DNA of 64,000 nucleotides from Folioceros fuciformis (lineage: Eukaryota), in the NCBI GenBank assembly GCA_049999805.1, contig JBNGIO010006342.1:165778-229777 (forward strand), in the 5' to 3' direction. The notes beneath the pieces were generated by a model, which made no database searches, was not told the DNA's origin, and saw nothing but the letters and a program-made list of their open reading frames with translations. The position numbers and the translations under genes were made by a program. Positions 60,780 through 64,000 of this stretch are shown here, piece after piece (within the stretch, counting starts at the first letter, position 1; the number at the start of each line of letters is the position of its first letter).

Positions 60780-62019
60780 GTGGAGAGTCGGATAGAGCAC
60801 ATTGGTGCATTCGAAGGGAAGTATGTCGAGGAATACATCATTGAGAGAAGGTGCCTGACAAGGGAGGGCGTTCTAGGCCGCATGGGCAGAAATTTGTTTA
60901 AACTAAGAACGTACTAGAATGATACTATTATCTTGTACTATGGGTCAATCTAACCGCCCGCAAGCACTTATATGCAGCGGACAAGAAGGCCATTAGAGAC
61001 AAACTTAGTGCATTGTGTGGGTGCATAGAGGCACCAAGCGAGACGGGTTGCGATGATATTGATGATAACAATGATGATGTCGTTAGGTAGACGATGTATG
61101 ATGATTTTTTGGATCAAGTCGTTAATGACAGTTGCGAGCTATTCTTAGGAAATTAGATCATAGGCTGCTAGCAGTAAACACCCATTGTCCTCTTTGTATG
61201 AACTGCTGACAAATAGTTAGGATTTACATGTTTTCATCCACTTTGGTAGAATTCATTGTGACAGATAGCATCCATAGTCGGCAACACTCGCCTTGTGGTA
61301 AAGATAAGGCCATGTATATAACGAAGTAGTCTCCATTCGTGGTATGGCCAACCTTTGTTACTGCCTACCAATACACCATGGGGGTACGTATATATCGACG
61401 CAAGTAGTATGATCGGACGGTAAAGGCAGAGGACCCTGGCCGGCTGGCGCCTACCAGATGTCTCGGGCCAAAACACTCCTAGTGTTTAGAATGTCTGTGA
61501 CCTCGTGGTACGTAACCTTGTGAGCACTTTCAAAAACCTTTCCCTTCAGCATGTGACACATTCCCAACGGTCATGCTGGTCTTCACCATCATTCCCTCTT
61601 AGCGAAGTAGATAGTGTGAAGGCAAGCGTGGGACATTAGAAGCAATCGTAAAACATCTCTAAGCACACACTCTTACTCAAAACCTAAATAGATAGAAAGG
61701 AAGTACCGGCTTGCATGGTCTGCCTCATGGGCTCAAAACAAGGAGACGGATGTGGTTCTCGCAAATCACCGACCATGAGTGTAGACACCGGGTTACAAGA
61801 CTAGTAGGATTGGCCAGCACATTGACCTTGGTTTCCGGTGTTCATTTCCGACAAAGGTTTAAAAAAGCCCTAGTGGACATCATCGTTGATCTCAATATAA
61901 GAATATCGTACCTGTGTCACCCTTCATGCATATTCACCCCCTTGCAAATTTCTCATGTTCGTACATAAGATTGGGGACAACCTTTAGTCCATTGTCCTAG
62001 TTTAGGCTGTACCTACACC

Positions 62020-63020
62020 CTACTCATTTGAAGCTATGTGTCGAGTCCAAAGATGGCTTGCCAAGGTCCTACACAGGTTTTCACTTTCTGCATTCCTATT
62101 ATTGATTGGAATCGTGTTGTATCCCTCATAACATTGTATGCTATCATCTACACGAGTTCCTGCAATGTCTTTTATCTCTATCAAAATGTTGTGCATATAG
62201 CAACAACGCATAAGAAGAGCCACTAAATTGTGCATATCAGGCCTCCATATCGTTCTAGACAAAATTCTCCATGTGTTCTTTAGCCTTCCAAATTCACTTT
62301 CGACCAATATGCGAGTTGATGAGTGTTTGAAGTTAAAGTAGCTCTTTTAGCTACTTATGCCTCTCCCGGGAAATGGTGTGACAAGCTATGGGAAGACCGG
62401 ATACCCTGCATCCCCGACAATGTACATTGTCACATGCGGACCACAATAAGCTAATACACTCACTCCTTGAAGAACCTGGCCAGCCTTAGCTTTCTTATAG
62501 AATCCAGAGTTTGAAAGGATCCTCACATCATTCACTGACCCAAGAAATCTAGCAAAGATGTCAGGAAACTTCATATCCATATCAACAATGGCTTGAATAT
62601 AAACACTATAGTTATGATTTATGTGAAAATAATCTGGAGCCAAAGTTCTAGAGGAAGCTCAATAGAAACATGGGTAACATTAATAGCCCGGCTATAGTTA
62701 AGTAGCTCTTGATGGCCTTTGACCTGTTCCATTGCTGGTGCTTGAGGCCAATAGGTATAGTGTTTTGCTGTTCGGTTGAGAGCTTTCACAAATTGCCATG
62801 TCATTTTAGATGCCATGGATTGAGCCAAGCCAAATAACTCACCTATGGACTTGAAAGTATCTTCCGTTGCTAGCCTCCTCATTGCTAATGCCACTTGAGT
62901 TTCAACCTGTAATTTCCTGTTGGGAATGCTTTGCAACGCTGTAGGTGTTTTCCCTTCCATGTTAGTACAGAGTAAGTCACATATGTGCATGAAAGTATTA
63001 GGAGACATTCAAAGGAATGC
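62020..63020 (-). mobile_element. Second degenerate PIF/Harbinger transposase
   Basis: MSPNTFMHIC..QVALAMRRLAT..IGELFGL; AINVTHV; QAIVDMDMKF..GSVNDVRIL; YIVGDAGYP; VESEFGRLKNTWRIL..CCYMHN. Confidence 0.88.
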
Positions 63021-63120
63021 AGCAAAAAGTCCAGCATCACCAGTCATAGTGGCCAAAAAGTCCAAAAAGTCCAGCATCACCAGTCATAGTGGCCAAAAAG
63101 TCCAGCATCACCAGTCATAG

Positions 63121-63153
63121 TGGCCTCACTGTACAAATTGTACAGTGAGGCCA
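63121..63153. repeat. Perfect 16-bp inverted repeat with a 1-nt spacer
   Basis: tggcctcactgtacaa-a-ttgtacagtgaggcca. Confidence 0.9.
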
Positions 63154-64000
63154 TCTTTGTTTAATGTACCATTGTCGAGTAAGTCTCCTCCTTCGCGTCA
63201 AGCAAGAACCTTGTACAGCGGTCAACAAGAACATCATAAGCATATTGTCTACATTGTCCTCCTCCACTTGATATGCCTGTGACAGCGTTGAAGGCTTCGC
63301 CTTTTTTGCTCATGGTCTCTATTAGCACGTGGAAATTTGATGCAAGTATGACTACTAATGGAGTGGCCATAACTGAGCAAAATGCAGCAATTCGCATGTG
63401 CTTCTCTATGATGATGATTCAAGAAACCAGCAAACCTCAATGTCGGTTCTCTCACACTTGTGCTATCGGTGATGATATCAGGGTTGGCTCTCTCACGCTT
63501 GTCAAGCATGATCGTGTGTTGTCACTTAGATGCATACAAATAGTAATTAACTAATAATTAAGTGATGCTAATAAATAGCATTCGTGGTAATTAATAACTA
63601 TTTAGTTAAGATGATTAAAAAATAAAATATAAAGTCAATTAGATGGATACACAACTAGATGTGTGGATAGGGCGATAGCAAGTTTCAAGTAGCAAGCATA
63701 AAAGCCTAGCTCAGCGGGTGTTCGCACTAGCTATAAGCTAGTATTCGCTTGATTTCTGTTGAATAGGCTTTCTCTTGAGGGAGCATTCTCTTGAGTGCAT
63801 TCTCTTGGAAGTGCATTCTCTTGTTAGAAATCCGATTGAGGTGTGTGTGTGCAGTGTACAAGATCATGTGACTTGATCGAGGATTTGAGAAACAAAGTTC
63901 CAGCTCTGAGAAGTGTGGATGTAGGTCTAGGAGATTTTGTGGTGTTTGAAGGAAGCAAACGCTTCACTCTTTTAGAACTGTAGCACCCTCATGCGATGTT

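Noticed and set aside
63700-64000. LTR-like sequence at the window end
   Set aside because: No partner LTR, PBS or TSD is visible within the window.

Overview
Eukaryotic genomic DNA from a land plant. Compact genes with ~80-250 bp GT-AG introns and a Rab23 gene point to a non-flowering lineage with flagellated sperm (inference). There are four N gaps. Host genes: SPX-domain phosphate sensor (with a dense P1BS cluster upstream), TRAPP subunit TRS23/TRAPPC4, an isoflavone-reductase/PCBER-like NmrA protein, a stellacyanin-type phytocyanin with an AGP-like tail, Rab23, a conserved membrane protein, an HSD-like SDR, and an NPF-repeat SNAP25-type SNARE. Pseudogenes: Ca2+-ATPase, NPF/PTR transporter, PPR. 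About half the window is transposon-derived: three Ty1/copia elements (one full-length with LTRs, PBS, PPT and TSD), a solo LTR, two PIF/Harbinger remnants and a non-LTR RT fragment. The main result is a decayed Ty3/gypsy element on the minus strand (~36.0-47.7 kb) whose polyprotein reads Gag - protease - DNMT3-like C5 cytosine methyltransferase - RT - (RNase H deleted) - integrase - PHD finger. It therefore carries both a DNA-methylation writer and a likely histone-tail reader. Neither domain shows up intact in the ORF track, because of transition-type stop codons and a nested copia insertion that splits the integrase. All motif assignments were made by eye; no searches were run.
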